From NCBI RefSeq assembly GCF_026210795.1, contig NC_089432.1, positions 2,170,001 through 2,234,000 of the forward strand: a stretch of DNA of 64,000 nucleotides. The letters are read 5' to 3'. The position numbers and the translations under genes were made by a program. Shown in pieces: positions 35,980 through 50,448 of this stretch (position 1 is the first letter of the stretch; each line of letters begins with the position of its first letter). The notes under the pieces were generated by a model. The model did not search any database, had not been told where the DNA came from, and was given only the letters and a program-made list of their open reading frames with translations. The stretch comes from Rhizophagus irregularis (lineage: Eukaryota).

Positions 35980-38900
35980 TTATATTTTCTTATTCCCAAC
36001 CTTGCTCATTGTAAATTTATAAGCATCATACGTATTAGCCACCAGTAAATTCTTCGGAAATAATTCATCAACAAGTTCCTCTGGTATTGTTGATGGCCAG
36101 AAATTTAACGAACTATCCTGTAAATAAATATGTAACGATTCCATCTCTCTCTTCTTGACTTTCTAAAGTTAAAAATCGTAACATGAATCTTTTTAAAGCT
36201 AAAGCGAACGCTTCTGCTGGTATAACTTTTTTCGTTGTAGTTTGTTGTTCAAAATATATAGATTCAAGAATTTCAGTCTTCATATCTGTTGAAAGGGTTT
36301 TCTTATACTTTTTATGAATATACTCAATTTTAGCATCAGCAACTTGCTCTTCAACAAGTTCGTATAAGGACACTATATGTTTAAGTCGTAGATCAATATT
36401 TAAAACTTTAGAAAATCCTTCACGTTTATATAATGACGATAATTTCTTCCACTGTAAAACATAATCTTTAATGGATTTATTCTCATCTCTAACTTTCGTA
36501 CGTGTGATAAAACACAGAAGAACTTCCAATGACGACAAAATTTTACTTATGTTATCTTCTGTCACGGACGTTGGGTTTTTAGAAAACTTTAACAAATTCA
36601 TTTTTCAATCGGGATTGGTTCTTGAGTTATTAAATTATCAACATCATTAAGAATTTCTGTTATATCCTTGGAATAATTCCATGTGATATGGAAAAGGTTC
36701 TAAATATAATTGAAAATCTGGTTGTGTTTCTATATAAACTTTTTCAAAAGCTAAAATATTTGCCAATTCTTCTTCAATTTTTGTCAAATCATAAACGATA
36801 ACTTGTCCTCTTGCAACTGCTAAATTTCTTTGGCTATGTGAAAGAATGCCGTTATTCCAGTCAAAATTTATGATATTTTCGTAATGAACATGATCAAGGT
36901 ACTGTACATAGATTGAAGATAATATCCGCTGGACGTATGGGGTTGTATTTTTGAAGTTGATGAAACAGTTTTTTCAACATTAACTGTTGGTTCATCTAAA
37001 AATTTGAGAGATTTACAAGTTCCAGGTGGGATTACCATAACTTCCTCGAGGAAGTTATTTGGTATGTGCACTAAATAATCTAATATTGCACATAAAAAAA
37101 TTCCCGTATCCTTTGATTCCATTAAACCATAAACTACTGGAAGTCTATAATTTATTTTTGGTTTCTCTTTTGGAAGGTCATGACATTGATATCGGTTTAC
37201 AAAAGGTATAACTGCATTCCACCTTTTCGAATGCGGTTTTCAAGCTATTATGATTTTCATCATCATCGGATTCTTTTTCTAAGAATGTTTTGAAGTCCAT
37301 CTCTTTCGCATTTTGTCTTGTTAAATGATAGCCGAGTTTAGAATTCAAAATTTGAACAAATTTTACAATAGGCAAAAGATGTTTGAGTAATTCTAACTGT
37401 CCAGAATATTTGAAAAGTATCGAAAGGAATGGATAATTATCTTCGTTTGCCATATTACTCATATACTAAGCACGGAAGCTATTGAAATTAATAATTCCGA
37501 TTGATCTCCATAAAGTTGGTAAATTCACTTCTCTATATTGTTTACCCATAAATAAAGTCTGACAAATTTCACTTTCAATAAAACTATTTTTTTGATTTTT
37601 GGCTAAAGATTCGTCTAATTTCACGAGATAATTAGCTAACGTTTCAGTTATATTTCTAATTTTTGGTTCAATATAATTTTCATGAAACTCTATTTCCCAA
37701 TTTTTGCGATCAATGGATGAATTTATTTGTTGATTTGACGGGGATTTTCCATCATTGAAGAAATTACAGAATGGAATATCAATGCCAGATTCTGATTAAA
37801 ATTACAGAATTTAATTAAAAATTATATTTTAATTAGAAAACCAATAAAATTAATAAATTTTAGCGTACCTCGTCCAAACAATTAAGAATATTCTTTAGAA
37901 TTTCTCAATCATTTCGAATATGATCCATACAATACCTTTCAGCATCGGTAGCAGTTTGATTATTTTTTCTAGGAAAAGCAAGGGCAGGTTGAGATGCAGA
38001 TGCTCCAATAAGAGCATGAACAATTAAATGCAGAATACAATATGATGCAGGTGGTAGAGATCTAACAGAATGATTCAAAGTTTGATTAACCGGTTCGGCG
38101 GTTCCCCAATATACCCTGCTTGGTTAATTGCAATTCCACCGATAGTATTTCCACAATTTGGACATTTGCTAGTTGTAACGGCTGTACACCAATTTGCGAT
38201 AAAATATTTCATACCGTATTTACAAACATATCTTGTAACTCCTTCTGCGGCAGTTGAAATACATGTTAAGATAAACAAGTTTTGACAGTCCGGTAGTCTA
38301 TGTAAATACATTGCTAATTGAGATGAATTTGGTTCAAGCTGATGCGTGGAATGCGATTATATGTGCAATAGCAGATTTTAAGAACAAATCGGTATTGCTA
38401 ATCTTAGGATTATCAATTTAAAGTAAAGGTTGCTCATTTGACAAAATATTTGTTGCAATTATTTTATATAATACTGGAAGATCCATTCCCATAAGTTCTC
38501 TTGCCAAGAAATTAGCTGATTGTATATCTGGATGTCTCCATTCCCTTGAAGCTCTTGTAGCATGAAGACGTATAAAGAAAAGTCCAATTAAAGATATTTT
38601 CATCGTTATAGTAGGTTTATTCATCCTTTGTACAAGTCCTTGGAATGATGCCTTATTGTTTATACCATGGTAACTCATAAAGCTCTCTTCTACTTCATTA
38701 TATTCAGGCAAATCACAGTATGGATTAAAAGGCAACCGATTTTCACCAATATCTTCCCAATTTAAAGTTCCAAGCCATGGTAAAATTGCTTTCTGAGTTT
38801 CACAAAATCGTCTAACATCATCAATTGAGAAATCTCTTTGACGTAAATCTCTTAAAAAATACATCTTAAGAGAATGAGTCGAAGGATGGGTGAATTTATG

Positions 38901-41540
38901 TAATAATTAATTTGATTAATTAATCATCATCAAAATTGTTTTCCTCTGCAATAAAACTATTCCTATCTTCTTGAATAAAGTTATCCCAGAATCGACGAAC
39001 GAATTCCTTAAGCAAAGCAATTGAAGTTATTTTTTGTAATGATGGTCTTTCTTGTTTATATAAAGCTTCAAGAACCGGTCCAAAATAAGGTGTTAAATTT
39101 TCCAATTCTTTATTCATAAAGAAGGTTTGTTCAATGGTATCACAACATAAAGTAGCCATGTTTGTATCTAAATCTCTTAAACATTCATTAATAATATTTA
39201 ACCGAGCAGATAGTCTTATAGATTCTTCGAAATTTTTAATTACTGTAAAGAATATATTTTTATTTTCTACCTGATTCGACCATGATAAAATGACCTTTTT
39301 GGAATTAAACTTTCTCATTTTGTTCTAATTCACCTAGTTTATCAAGCATAGTGTTGATAAATTTCTCAGAAAAAACTTCTTGTTTGTCCAAACTTAATTC
39401 AAGTCGAACAATTTCTCTAACATTATCAAAAGGAATAGACTTTGTCGAAACTAAATCGTTTACAAAATGTAACAATTGAAAATCTGGTAAAGTTTCTGCT
39501 CGCATTAACTTATTAACTATAGATATTATTCCTGTGATGTCACGTTGCCATTTATCAATTAATTCAAAATTGTCACAAATTCGCATTAACATCAGTTTAA
39601 TTACTCCTCTAACGAGATGTTTTTCTAGATTTCCACCAGCAATAGTATTTCCTTGAATTTCGATATTTTTAATTATTAATGGAAACATTCGAGCTAATTG
39701 TAATTGACCTTGGAATTTTTCCACCAATAAGCGTGAAGAAAAATATGTTGATGCACTTTATCTGCACCAATAAGCAACTTTAAGATTGATGCTAAAATTT
39801 TTTTATTCATCGTTATACCATGCCTTGACGCAATAACAGTAACAAAATCATTGAAATATAATTTAGAAGTCCATTTCCATTCAAAAAGCGAATCTTTTAA
39901 TTGCGGAATTGACGTAAGAAGGTTATATTTGAAATCTTTCAAATGGTCTTTGCTATCAATTCTATCATAATCCTTTGGTAGTTCTTCTTCATAATATCTT
40001 TTAAAGCTATCAATTTGGTCAATAAAATAAAATGAAAAGGGAAATTCAAGATCGAGTAAACATCCTGCTGACATATTATATCCATCATCTTGAATATCTT
40101 CAATTTTGATAATTTCTCTTATCCATATGAATTTGTTCCCAAAACTTGAGTAATCTTTCATACTTTCCATTTGAATATATTTTGTTCATCAATATGGAAA
40201 AATGTTTTTATTACTGATAATCTTTCTAAAGCACATAAAATTTTGGCTATTGTTTTCCTGACGAATTTTCTAATATGAGCTTGAATTGCTGCAGAAAATG
40301 AAGAATACGAATATAATTCTCGCTTATTTGACGCGATTTTATATTGCCAATCACTTGTGGAATTTTCTTCTATCCATTTAAGAGTTTTATCTTTCAGGCA
40401 TTTGATGAAATTTGGTATTTTTTCGCTTATTAGTCTAGAGAAAAATTTTACCGTACAGTTATAATATATTGTGACTAAAAATTTTTTAATGAACTGTTAA
40501 AGATATTAAAAAATAAATACTTACTTTATATGATTGGCTGAGTTACCATTCGATGGATAATTCATGCATGATAAACACCATGGCAGTTCTTGTAAAAATA
40601 TTTCTTCGAATGGATAAGCAGAATCAATAATATAAGATAACGATCCTTCTAAGAGATCAAAAATAGGAATGTCATTTCCTGATAACGTTTCAATAGTCAT
40701 TTTCTTCCAGTCGCACACGAAATTAAAAGACTCGAAAGTGGATTCCTGATCTCGATGAATATGAAAAATGATACACGCATGCTTCATAGGCTCCATTTGA
40801 TCTTTCTTTGTTATAGATTCATTTCGGAATTGTTCGATAGCACATTTAGCAAGTTTAATATTTTCAGTATTAGCAGTAGTTGCATCACATTGGAGGATTA
40901 GTATTCGATCATTTGATTCTAGCCAGAAATGCTTTATCTATAGGTTGAGTTGTAGTATTTCGAGTAGGTTAACTAAAAATATATTTCAACAATTAAATCA
41001 TAACTATCATTGTTTTGACTGAATCCTGTGTTTCGGTCGTGAAATTTGATAAATTATCTACTGACAACTCACAAGTTCTTGTAAACAGGATCTAACATCC
41101 GTATCTATATTAGAAAATGTATATATGATCACTAAATTTCCATTTAGATCTGATAATAAATTTTCTTGATTAGCGAAATAATCATAAAGACTCTCGTGAT
41201 GCTGTTGATGAAAATAAACATGCTTCCATCGATCAACTTCATCTCTTTCTAAAGCTGATCGCTCAGCTCTCACAATCCCATCAGATGATACTGTTGCAAT
41301 TAAACATTCCTTGCATGTTTCTAAAACTCTATTATTATCTGCTTCAGGATTATTCTTTATAATATCCATAATTAAGCTTTGTAAGATTTCATATTTAAAC
41401 CCAATGAATAGGTCTTTTATGGCGAATTTATTAAATTGAGATTCTGAATTAATTCCAGTTAAAGTTAGCATTTTTCTTGCCCAATCACTTAAATTTTCAA
41501 CAAGTAAATTGTGCCTATCATTAAGCGTATCATCATTAAT
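35980..41540 (-). pseudogene. C-terminal half of an RNF213-like (mysterin-like) E3 ligase, heavily disrupted
   Basis: Collinear fragments over 5.5 kb including LEFPFSFYF, a degenerate RZ-type zinc finger (YVCKYGMKYFIANW...SKCPNCGNTIGG), RSLPPASYCILHLIVHALIG and LLKHLLPIVKFVQIL; many stops and frameshifts; no AAA+ core. Confidence 0.72.
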
Positions 41541-43017
41541 TGATATTAAATCATCTGAAGCCACATTTTTCTTATTTGTAATGAGGTTGGATTGCGAAGG
41601 GAAATCGAAATTATTAATAATGATATCGGATAATTTACCGTGCATTTAATATTTGTTAGCTTTCGATACACCACTATCGAGTTGTTGCTCGTTCGATATA
41701 CCATCATCAATTTGTTTCTCGTTCGATATATCACCATTAAGTTGTTGCTTGTTTGATATACCACCATCAAGTTGTTCGTTTGATGATTGAGATTCTATTA
41801 TACAACTAACTTGATTTTCTGTTGTTATACTTGTATTTGTGTTCAATGCTCTTAATTTGTTAATAGTTTGGATCATATCTGGTCTATTAACTGGTTCACC
41901 ATCCCAACATTCTAAAAAAAAAAAATTATATTAATACGAGACTTGAGATCGTAATAACATTATAATTTACAAATAAATTATTATATTTACTGGTATAAAT
42001 ATTAGAATAATCAGGAGGAGTATCTGGGACAATACTTTCCCTATATCCTTGTAACATTTGCAAACCAAACTAATATCATAGGATTCGCCTTCAAATGGTG
42101 GATGACCGCTTGATATCTCCCACAAAAGCACTCCGACGCTGTAAACGTCGCTCTTTTTATTTAAAGAATATTTCGGATCACCCAATTTTTTGGATCAATA
42201 TAAGAAGTTATACCAAACAAAGTTTGTTGTGTTGAGTATGTTCTAGATATTACTTCTATTTTCTTTGATAATCCAAAATCAGATAATTTAATATTATCTT
42301 TATGAATTAATATGTTGCCAGATGCTATTATTAAATAAAGAAAGTTTAGATAATTAAAATTTATTAAAAATAAATTAATAAAGTTTAATAACTCATCAAA
42401 TAACTTACCAAATCACGATGTATTATTCCTTCATCATGTAAGCATGATATGGCGCTAACTGATATGCGAATTTGTATTTATTTTCCCAAGTAATATTCTT
42501 ATTATTTTACAAATATGTTCGAAGGGTACCACTATCGGCATACTCCATTACTAATAAATATTTTTTATATTGACCTTTTGGATTTTCTATTATAAAAAAT
42601 AATTGATTTTTGTTTTAAATGTGTTTTTACAAAAATCAATATAATAAATATTAATATTCTATTGCCTTAATATGTAATTCCATAAAAGCTAATAATATTG
42701 TTATCAAATTGAACTTCACGATGAATTTCAAGCTAAAATTATAGATATACATAAATTAATTCAAAAATTAAATAATTGATATTACATTTTTATAATCACC
42801 TCCTTAACGATATCTTTTATAGTATTATTGTCAAGGTTAGATAAAGATTTTAATGCAAAATATTGTTCCGAATTTTTTCAATTTGCACAATAAACTTTTC
42901 CAAAGTTACCGTTGCCAATTTTTTTAATATTACGAAATCTTTGTATTCATAATATTTAATATGTTTTTTAGAAACAGCTTCTTGGACTCATTCGTTTGAA
43001 TTGTTGGTGGTTTGCAT
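41541..43017 (-). pseudogene. TKL-type protein kinase pseudogene running into the RNF213-like sequence
   Basis: Same five-exon layout as neighbouring kinases; [43 protein letters not shown]; early TGA and frameshifts. Confidence 0.85.
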
Positions 43018-43472
43018 TTTAATAATTTTAATCAGTAGCAAAAAAAACCTAATTTTGGTCATTTATAATAAAGTGATTGAGTTGTGTGACATCGAACAAT
43101 ACATATAGTGAGTAATATTATATATATGTAAGAATTATCACAATAAAGCATCACGTGGATTATATAATAATAATTTCTATTAATGTTAAACTATATTAGT
43201 AAAACTCGTGATCTTCGTGATCTTAATGGTACTTGTTTACGAATAACATTCGACATACTATCATAACAAACTGACAAATTTGACAAATTTGGCCTGATCG
43301 TACTACAATTGTTTCTATATAAGCATTGTATTACCACAATCACGCACTTATAAAGCACTCTCACTCAAGTTAGTACTCAAGTTAAAAAAAATAAAAAAAA
43401 ATACCTTTTCTCTTTAATTAAATATTGTATATTTCCCAACCTCTCTTTAAACGAAAAGCTTTAAAAAAAACA

Positions 43473-44194
43473 ATGGCGAGAGGCAGTTCAGCTAAGTCAA
43501 AGAAGCAAGCCAGCCCTCCTTTTCATCCAAAATACGAGGATATGATTCGAGGTGAGTTTACAGAACCTTTTTATTAAATTTAAAGAAAATTTGAAAAAAA
43601 ATTTAAAATACGCTATCTCTTGACAATAACAAAAGAAAAATAAAAGGCATCTATTACATTACTTAACATTTTTAGTTATACTATTCTTTCAAATTATTAA
43701 TTTCCCACATTGTTAAATCTGTAGATGCTATTGTAGCTTTGAAAGAAAGTCAAGGAAGCAGGTAAAGAAATAGTTCTAAAATTGCCGTTTCGCTTAAGAG
43801 TCCTTATTGGTGACGTGTCTTTCTTTTTTTCTTTTACAAACAAAATTGTCGTATTTATCGATTATTAGTCGTACAGCTATTAAGAAATATATCTTAAATA
43901 CATATAAACTTCGCGACAATGCCGTCACAACCAACCGTCTCAAGATGGCCATTGCTAAGGGCGTCGATAAAGGAACTTTTTCCTTCGTTAAAGGTAAATA
44001 CTCCTAAAATCGTGAAAGATCAAACAGCACTAAAATATATATTATCTTAAGCAACCGTTCATGAAAAATAAATTTTTTGTGCTATTTTTTTAACTTACTG
44101 TTTGTCACACACTTCAGGTCCCAGTGGTACTCTTAAACTCGTGAAAAAGGAAGCAGTCAAGAAAGAAAAGAAGGAAGTTGAGAAGGAAAGCTGA
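43473..44194 (+). pseudogene. HHO1: Histone H1 (linker histone globular domain), C-terminally truncated copy
   Basis: Exons 43473-43551, 43725-43761, 43869-43993, 44118-44194 give [30 protein letters not shown]...KGPSGTLKL; TGA at 44192 from an apparent frameshift; no Lys-rich tail exons follow. Confidence 0.85.
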
Positions 44195-44763
44195 AAAGAA
44201 GGAGGTTAAGCCAAAAGCTGAAAAAGTACGTTTATTATTTTAAATTAGTTATATAAGGAGTAACTTTTGGAGGAGTTTTAAAAGAGTTTGAGATGTTAAT
44301 AATCTTTACTTTTAGAATTATTTTCACAATGTAATATTATTTAACCCAATAAATATTATATTTTATAACTCAAAATTCGGGTCTCATAATTTTCATGCAA
44401 TAATAAACCAAGCAACGTATTTTACTTTAATTCTTAATTTTATTCAACTTAACCCAATGTCACTTGTTGTGGAAAAGGTGGCAGCTTTTCTCGCACGGCA
44501 ACGCTTTGGAGTTGCAGATGATAAAAATTTTCTTTTCATTTATAAAAGTAATTTAGTAAATTGGTTTTCCTTTTTCTTTTTCATTTTTATCTATATTTTA
44601 TTTTAGGTTTATTAATCAGTAAATTTGTAAGAAATCATTTTGTGTTTATTAATAAAAACCATGTTATTATAAATCAAAGCACAACCCTAGTTTATATAAA
44701 ATATTTTATTATTTATGTTATACATATAAGCATTTTCTAAATTTTGTAAATTTTGTCTAATTA

Positions 44764-45027
44764 GCCATTCCAAACTAATAATTAGTTTAACGTCCTTTGA
44801 GGGGAGGGGGGGGGGGGGGGGGGAATAATTTAAACAAACATGATATTTATACATATTAAAATTTTTGGAAGTTTTCGGTAAAATTGGAAATATTCGGTAC
44901 ACCCAATTTCAGAAAAGAGAGGGGTGCTTTAAACATATGTGAACATATGTGTTTAAATTGTTTTAAAATTTTCATAAATAGAGGGGAGGGGGGAGGACGA
45001 TAAACTAAACATTAATTTGAAATGGCC
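44764..45027. mobile_element. Tourist/PIF-Harbinger-like MITE
   Basis: About 33-bp imperfect TIRs GCCATTCCAAACTAAT...ATTAATTTGAAATGGCC flanked by TTA; internal poly-G. Confidence 0.65.
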
Positions 45028-45428
45028 TTATTTATAAGCCTATTCCTTATAAAACCTATACAACGATCAAATTTTTAATTGTGGATAATTCATATCTTAC
45101 TAACGCACACTTTCGACATCATATTCATAATGCAATAACAGAAGAATTAACATCTGGAACATTCAAAAAATTATTTAATGTGATTAACAGTGATAAAACT
45201 GATTTTAATCATAAAATTTTAACAATTTTCGGAATAAAACTAACAATATAATCAACTAAACAAATTTGGAATGTGGAATTTATGAATTTATGTTTTGATC
45301 TAATTAATAATTTTGGCGGATATGATTGAACTTTAGGAGTATAGTAGTCTAATATTATTCTATTTAAATATTACTGCTTTGTGGTAGACTGTAATAATAC
45401 TATAAAGTAGACTTTTTACATTTTATTT

Positions 45429-48403
45429 CTAAAAAATATTTTTTATCCACTCCCATTTTTTGAAATTTGGCTTCTTTTTTAAATTAGGATTGTATCGAGC
45501 TATACTATATCCCAAATTTGCTGCTTTTTGATACAATTCTGATGCCTTTTGCTGATCAATTTTAGTTCCAATTCCATTTTGATAGCAACGGCCTAATTGA
45601 TTAATTCCAGTTACATTTCCTAAATCTGCTGCTTTTTGATATAATTCAAATGCCTTTTGCTGATTAATATTGGTTCCAATTCCATTTTCATAGCAACGTC
45701 CTAAATTAATTATTCCAGGTACATTTCCTAAATCTGCTGCTTTTTGAAATAATTCAAATGCCTTTTGCTGATTAATATTGGTTCCAATTCCATTTTGATA
45801 GCAACATCCTAATTGATTAATACCAGTTACATTTCCTAAATCTGCTGCTTTTTGATATAATTCAAATGCCTTTTGCTGATTAATATTGGTTCCAATTCCA
45901 TTTTTATAGCAATGTCCTAAATTAATCATTATTCCAGGTACATTTCCTAAATCTGCTGCTTTTTGAAATAATTCAAATGCCTTTTGCTGATTAATATTGG
46001 TTCCAATTCCATTTTGATAGCAACATCCTAATTGATTAATACCAGCTACATTTCCTAAATCTGCTGCTTTTTGATATAATTCAAATGCCTTTTGCTGATT
46101 AATATTGGTTCCAATTCCATTTTCATAACAATATCCTAAATTATTTATTCCAAATGCATTTCCTAAATCTGCTGCTTTTTGATATAATTCAAATGTCTTT
46201 TGCTGATTAATATCAGTTCCAATTCCATTTTCATAGCAATGTCCTAAACCAATTATTCCAAATACACTTCCTAAATCTGCTGCTTTTTGATATAATTCAA
46301 ATGCCTTTTGCTGATTAATATTGGTTCCAATTCCATATTCATAACAATATCCTAAATTATTTATTCCAAATGCATTTCCTAAATCTGCTGCTTTTTGATA
46401 TAATTCAAATATCTTTTGCTGATTAATATCAGTTCCAATTCCATTTTCATAGCAATGTCCTAAACCAATTATTCCAAATACACTTCCTAAATCTGCTGCT
46501 TTTTGATATAATTCAAATGCCTTTTGCTGATTAATATTGGTTCCAATTCCATTTTCATAGCAACGTCCTAAATTATTAATTCCAGGTAGATATCCTAAAT
46601 CTGCTGCCTTTTGATATAGTTCAAATGCCTTTTGACTATTAATATTTGTCTCAATTCCCTTTTCATAATGATATGCTAAAAAATTTATCCCAAATGAATT
46701 TTCTAAATCTGCTGCTTTTTGATATAACTCAAATGCTTTTTGTTTATCAACACTGATTCCAATTCCTAAATAGTTAAATCTTCCAAGTAAAGCAATAAAA
46801 TTTGAGTCATTCTGATTGCTTAATAATAAATTATTAAACTCTTGTAAAGTTATATTATGATTGTCAAGATAATTTATAATCTTCTGTATATCCATTTCAA
46901 AATAATCATTATTAAAAATATCAATTATATCATTAACTATTGTATTAAATTTATTCTCAAATTGGTTACTTGATGACATTGAACATTCCATTTCTTTTGT
47001 GTTCATCATATTAAAATTTTGAATAACTTGAGATAATTCTCCATGTAAGGAATTAAAATCTTCAGAAGAAACTTCATCTAAAATTGGCTGCTGATTATTT
47101 GATAATTGAATATCCTTTTTATCATCATATAGGTGAAAATCTTTTATAATTATGTTTTCTTTTGTTATAATCGTTCTTAGTTTATCAACCACTTGATTGA
47201 TAGTAGGACGATTATCAGGTTCAAGATTCCAACAATCTACGAAAAAAAAAATATCTTTAATTAATTAAAATCATATGGTTTATAAATGATCATAATAAAT
47301 GTAATTTTATACTCACCAGTGTAAATTTTTATATAATCTTCAGATGTATCAGGAATAGGTTTTTCTCTAAAACCCTGTAAAATACTAATAGCCAAACCAA
47401 CGTCATATGGTATACCATGAAAAGGTGGCTTACCGCTAGATATCTCCCATAGTAATACACCAATACTATAAACATCGCTTTTTCTATTTAATAAATATAA
47501 TGTCGTTGTATTTCTATTAAAACTTTTTGGATCAGTATAAGGAATTAATCCAAATGTTTTTGATTGAGAGCCAGATGTTTCCTCAATTCTTTTTGATAAG
47601 CCAAAATCTGCTAGCTTAACGGTATTTTGATGAACTAACACGTTATTAGAGTGCTATTAATAATTACATAAAAAATAAAACAATTAAGATAAAAATAATC
47701 ATTAAATTTAAATACACCATAAATTTTAAATTTTAAAATATTTACCAAATCACGATGCATTATCCCTTCTCCATGTAAGCATGATACTGCATAAACCAGC
47801 TGAAATGCAAAATTAAATTTGTCATTCCAAGTGAGATTTTTAAAATTTTCTTTCAGATATTTTCGGAGAGTACCATTTTCAGCATATTCTAGTACCAATG
47901 AATATTCTTTTCTTTGATTTTCTTTATAAATAAAAGAAAAATTTTATAAATTAGTTAATTAGTTAATTTTAAATTATTATTAAATAAATAATATTAGAAC
48001 TTATATACCCTTAACGGAAGTTGTAACACCATAAAAGCTGATAACGTTATCATGAAAATCAACTTCGCGTTGAAGTTGAATCTAGGTAGTAAATAAATAT
48101 TACATTATAAACTTACATATGTATAATTAATAATTAATGATATATGTGTGATGTTATAATTACCTCACGAACAATTGCTTTAGCTGAAGCATCATTGATA
48201 TTAAAAAAAGACTTTATTGCATAACTTTTATGAGAATTCTTCCAGTTTGCACGATAAACTCTACCGAAACCTCCGGAACCAATGTTTTGAAAATTATAAA
48301 ATTGGTCAAATTCATAATATTTAATAAGTTTTTTAGAAATAGCCTCCTCAATCCATTTATTCCAATCATTTAAATCATTAATAAGTTCAGCGTTATTAGA
48401 CAT
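45429..48403 (-). CDS. TKL-type protein kinase with 12 SEL1 repeats, apparently intact, 5 exons
   Basis: GSGGFG, AIK, HRDLHSNN, DFG, SDVYSIG; exons splice in frame; 36-aa SEL1 units ([13 protein letters not shown]). Confidence 0.92.
45510..46720 (-). repeat. 108-bp coding tandem array of highly similar SEL1 repeats
   Basis: Near-identical CCTAAATCTGCTGCTTTTTGATATAATTCAAATGCC at 108-bp spacing. Confidence 0.95.
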
Positions 48404-50448
48404 TGTTAAGTACAAAAAAATTACTGCGGAATTTAATTTTTTCAAGTATTGGGAAAAAAAAACAATGAATATTTTGTATTTATCAATAAATTTTGTTTAG
48501 TATCACCAATACACCAAACGCACGCAAAACGCCAAAGGTAACTGTCGATCATTCCGCTTCAAACACCATCAGGTGATCATCAATTACGAAACAAAGTTGA
48601 TCATCTATATTATCTTTTTTTTTGAAATAAATGACATGTTAATGATATTTTATAATTATAAATTTTGAATACTATAAGTTAGATTTTGATAAACTATCAG
48701 ATAGCTTTCAATATATACGATAGGAGACTCCTTCTATCGATCACTCGTCATTAATTTCTGCTAAAGAAAATGTCAAGAAAATCACTGATCCGTCTAAGAT
48801 TAACTCGTTAAATTTTACATTGTACGAGCGTCAGATGCGTTGTCTTTATCTTGCGTTTTTTTAAGAACTTATCTAGCGAAATAATTAATTTTGGGCGCAG
48901 TATTATATTTAATTAAGTGTGTAAAATTTTCACTGTATTTTTATTTACTGCGGACGGGAATGACCTTAAATGGTTAAAAGTGGTAGTAATTAGGGAATTG
49001 TAGTCCGCGATGACGTTAAACTATGGCCGAATTCTATTAGTAATCAGTATTTTACTTTAATAGGGTTATACAAGGATCATTAATGATAATATTGTGACAA
49101 TGGGTAGTAGTTGATCATTTATTTCATAGAAGGATTGGTTCGATATTTTATTTTAGAAATTATTATTTTGGTTGGTTTTTATTTGAAGTTATTCATTTTA
49201 GGGAATTGTTATTTTAATTGGTAATTTCACTTTTAAATTAGATGCTTAGAATTTTTTTGGAATTAATTTTATCATTTTTATTTTCTTTCTTGAAATTTAT
49301 GAAACTCGGAAATTGTTATAATTTTTATCAAATTTAATAAAGATATATTTTGTAGCTAGAGGTGGCAAACATCATCCACTACTAGGCTCTACAATGTCAG
49401 AGAAGTAAAGATTTTCAAAAAATGAAATCAAATACAAACGAGAAAAATGAGCTGAAGAAAATAAAGATTTGTAAAGACGTTAATGGTTGGAAGTTGGAAC
49501 AACGCAAGGAGAAAAAAGGGAAAAAAATGTATATAGAAGTGGGAAGAAAAATTTAATAGAAGAATTTAATAAATTAAGTTCATATATAGAATTCAAAAAC
49601 GAAGAAGTCATAAATGATAATAATAAACGTTTAAAGGAAAAGAGTAGATTTAGGTATCAGACACAAATTTCAAAAGAATTAATAAATTCTCTTATATAGT
49701 CCAACACAAAAATTTTTTTTAGCTAAACACAAATAGCTGTTTATACAAGTTTGTCCAATTATATATTCGGTCTAAGTGTTTCTATAATAGTTTTATAAAT
49801 GTATTTATATTTATAATTATACCTAATAAATAAACACGCTTATCGAAAATAAAAATTTAAGTCTGTGTAATGTAGAATATTATAGTTCTAAAAGGAAAGA
49901 AACTGGAAAGTAAAGAAAAGTATACTATCATAATTCGATAATTATAACTAGCTAGAAAAGTCTAGTGCTCAAATTAAATGACGTAAAACCCTTTTGCATA
50001 CTTAACTGCGTATCGTATTTCTGGTTTCAGAAATAAAGTTTTTAAATTTTAAATTTTATCGGATAAAAATGATAAAAATTATATTTTTTTTGATAGCGCT
50101 TATATTTCGTGATTCAGTAGTTGAATAATTCATGAAGTGAACAAGTTTCATTTGTTTCTTTCTAAGGAATTGCCGACGTGCAAAAACTTTTCTTGATCGA
50201 TAATTTTTTTTGATAAGGTCATTAATATTTATTTTTTTGTTAATTATCAAACTCTATATACAGTATCTTTAACCCTTAGTAATTTTAGTAATTTTCATTT
50301 TTTTTTATATTAAAAAAGAAAAACTTATTTAAATCTTCTACAAAAATTTACAAATCGAAAAATAATAAAAAATATAAATTTACTCTTTCTTTCTTTTAAA
50401 ATAAATTTTCTGATGGATGTAACATAAAATTTAAAAATGCATTAAACT

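Noticed and set aside
44799..44823. Poly-G tract as a regulatory G-quadruplex
   Set aside because: It lies inside a MITE, and homopolymer length is unreliable.
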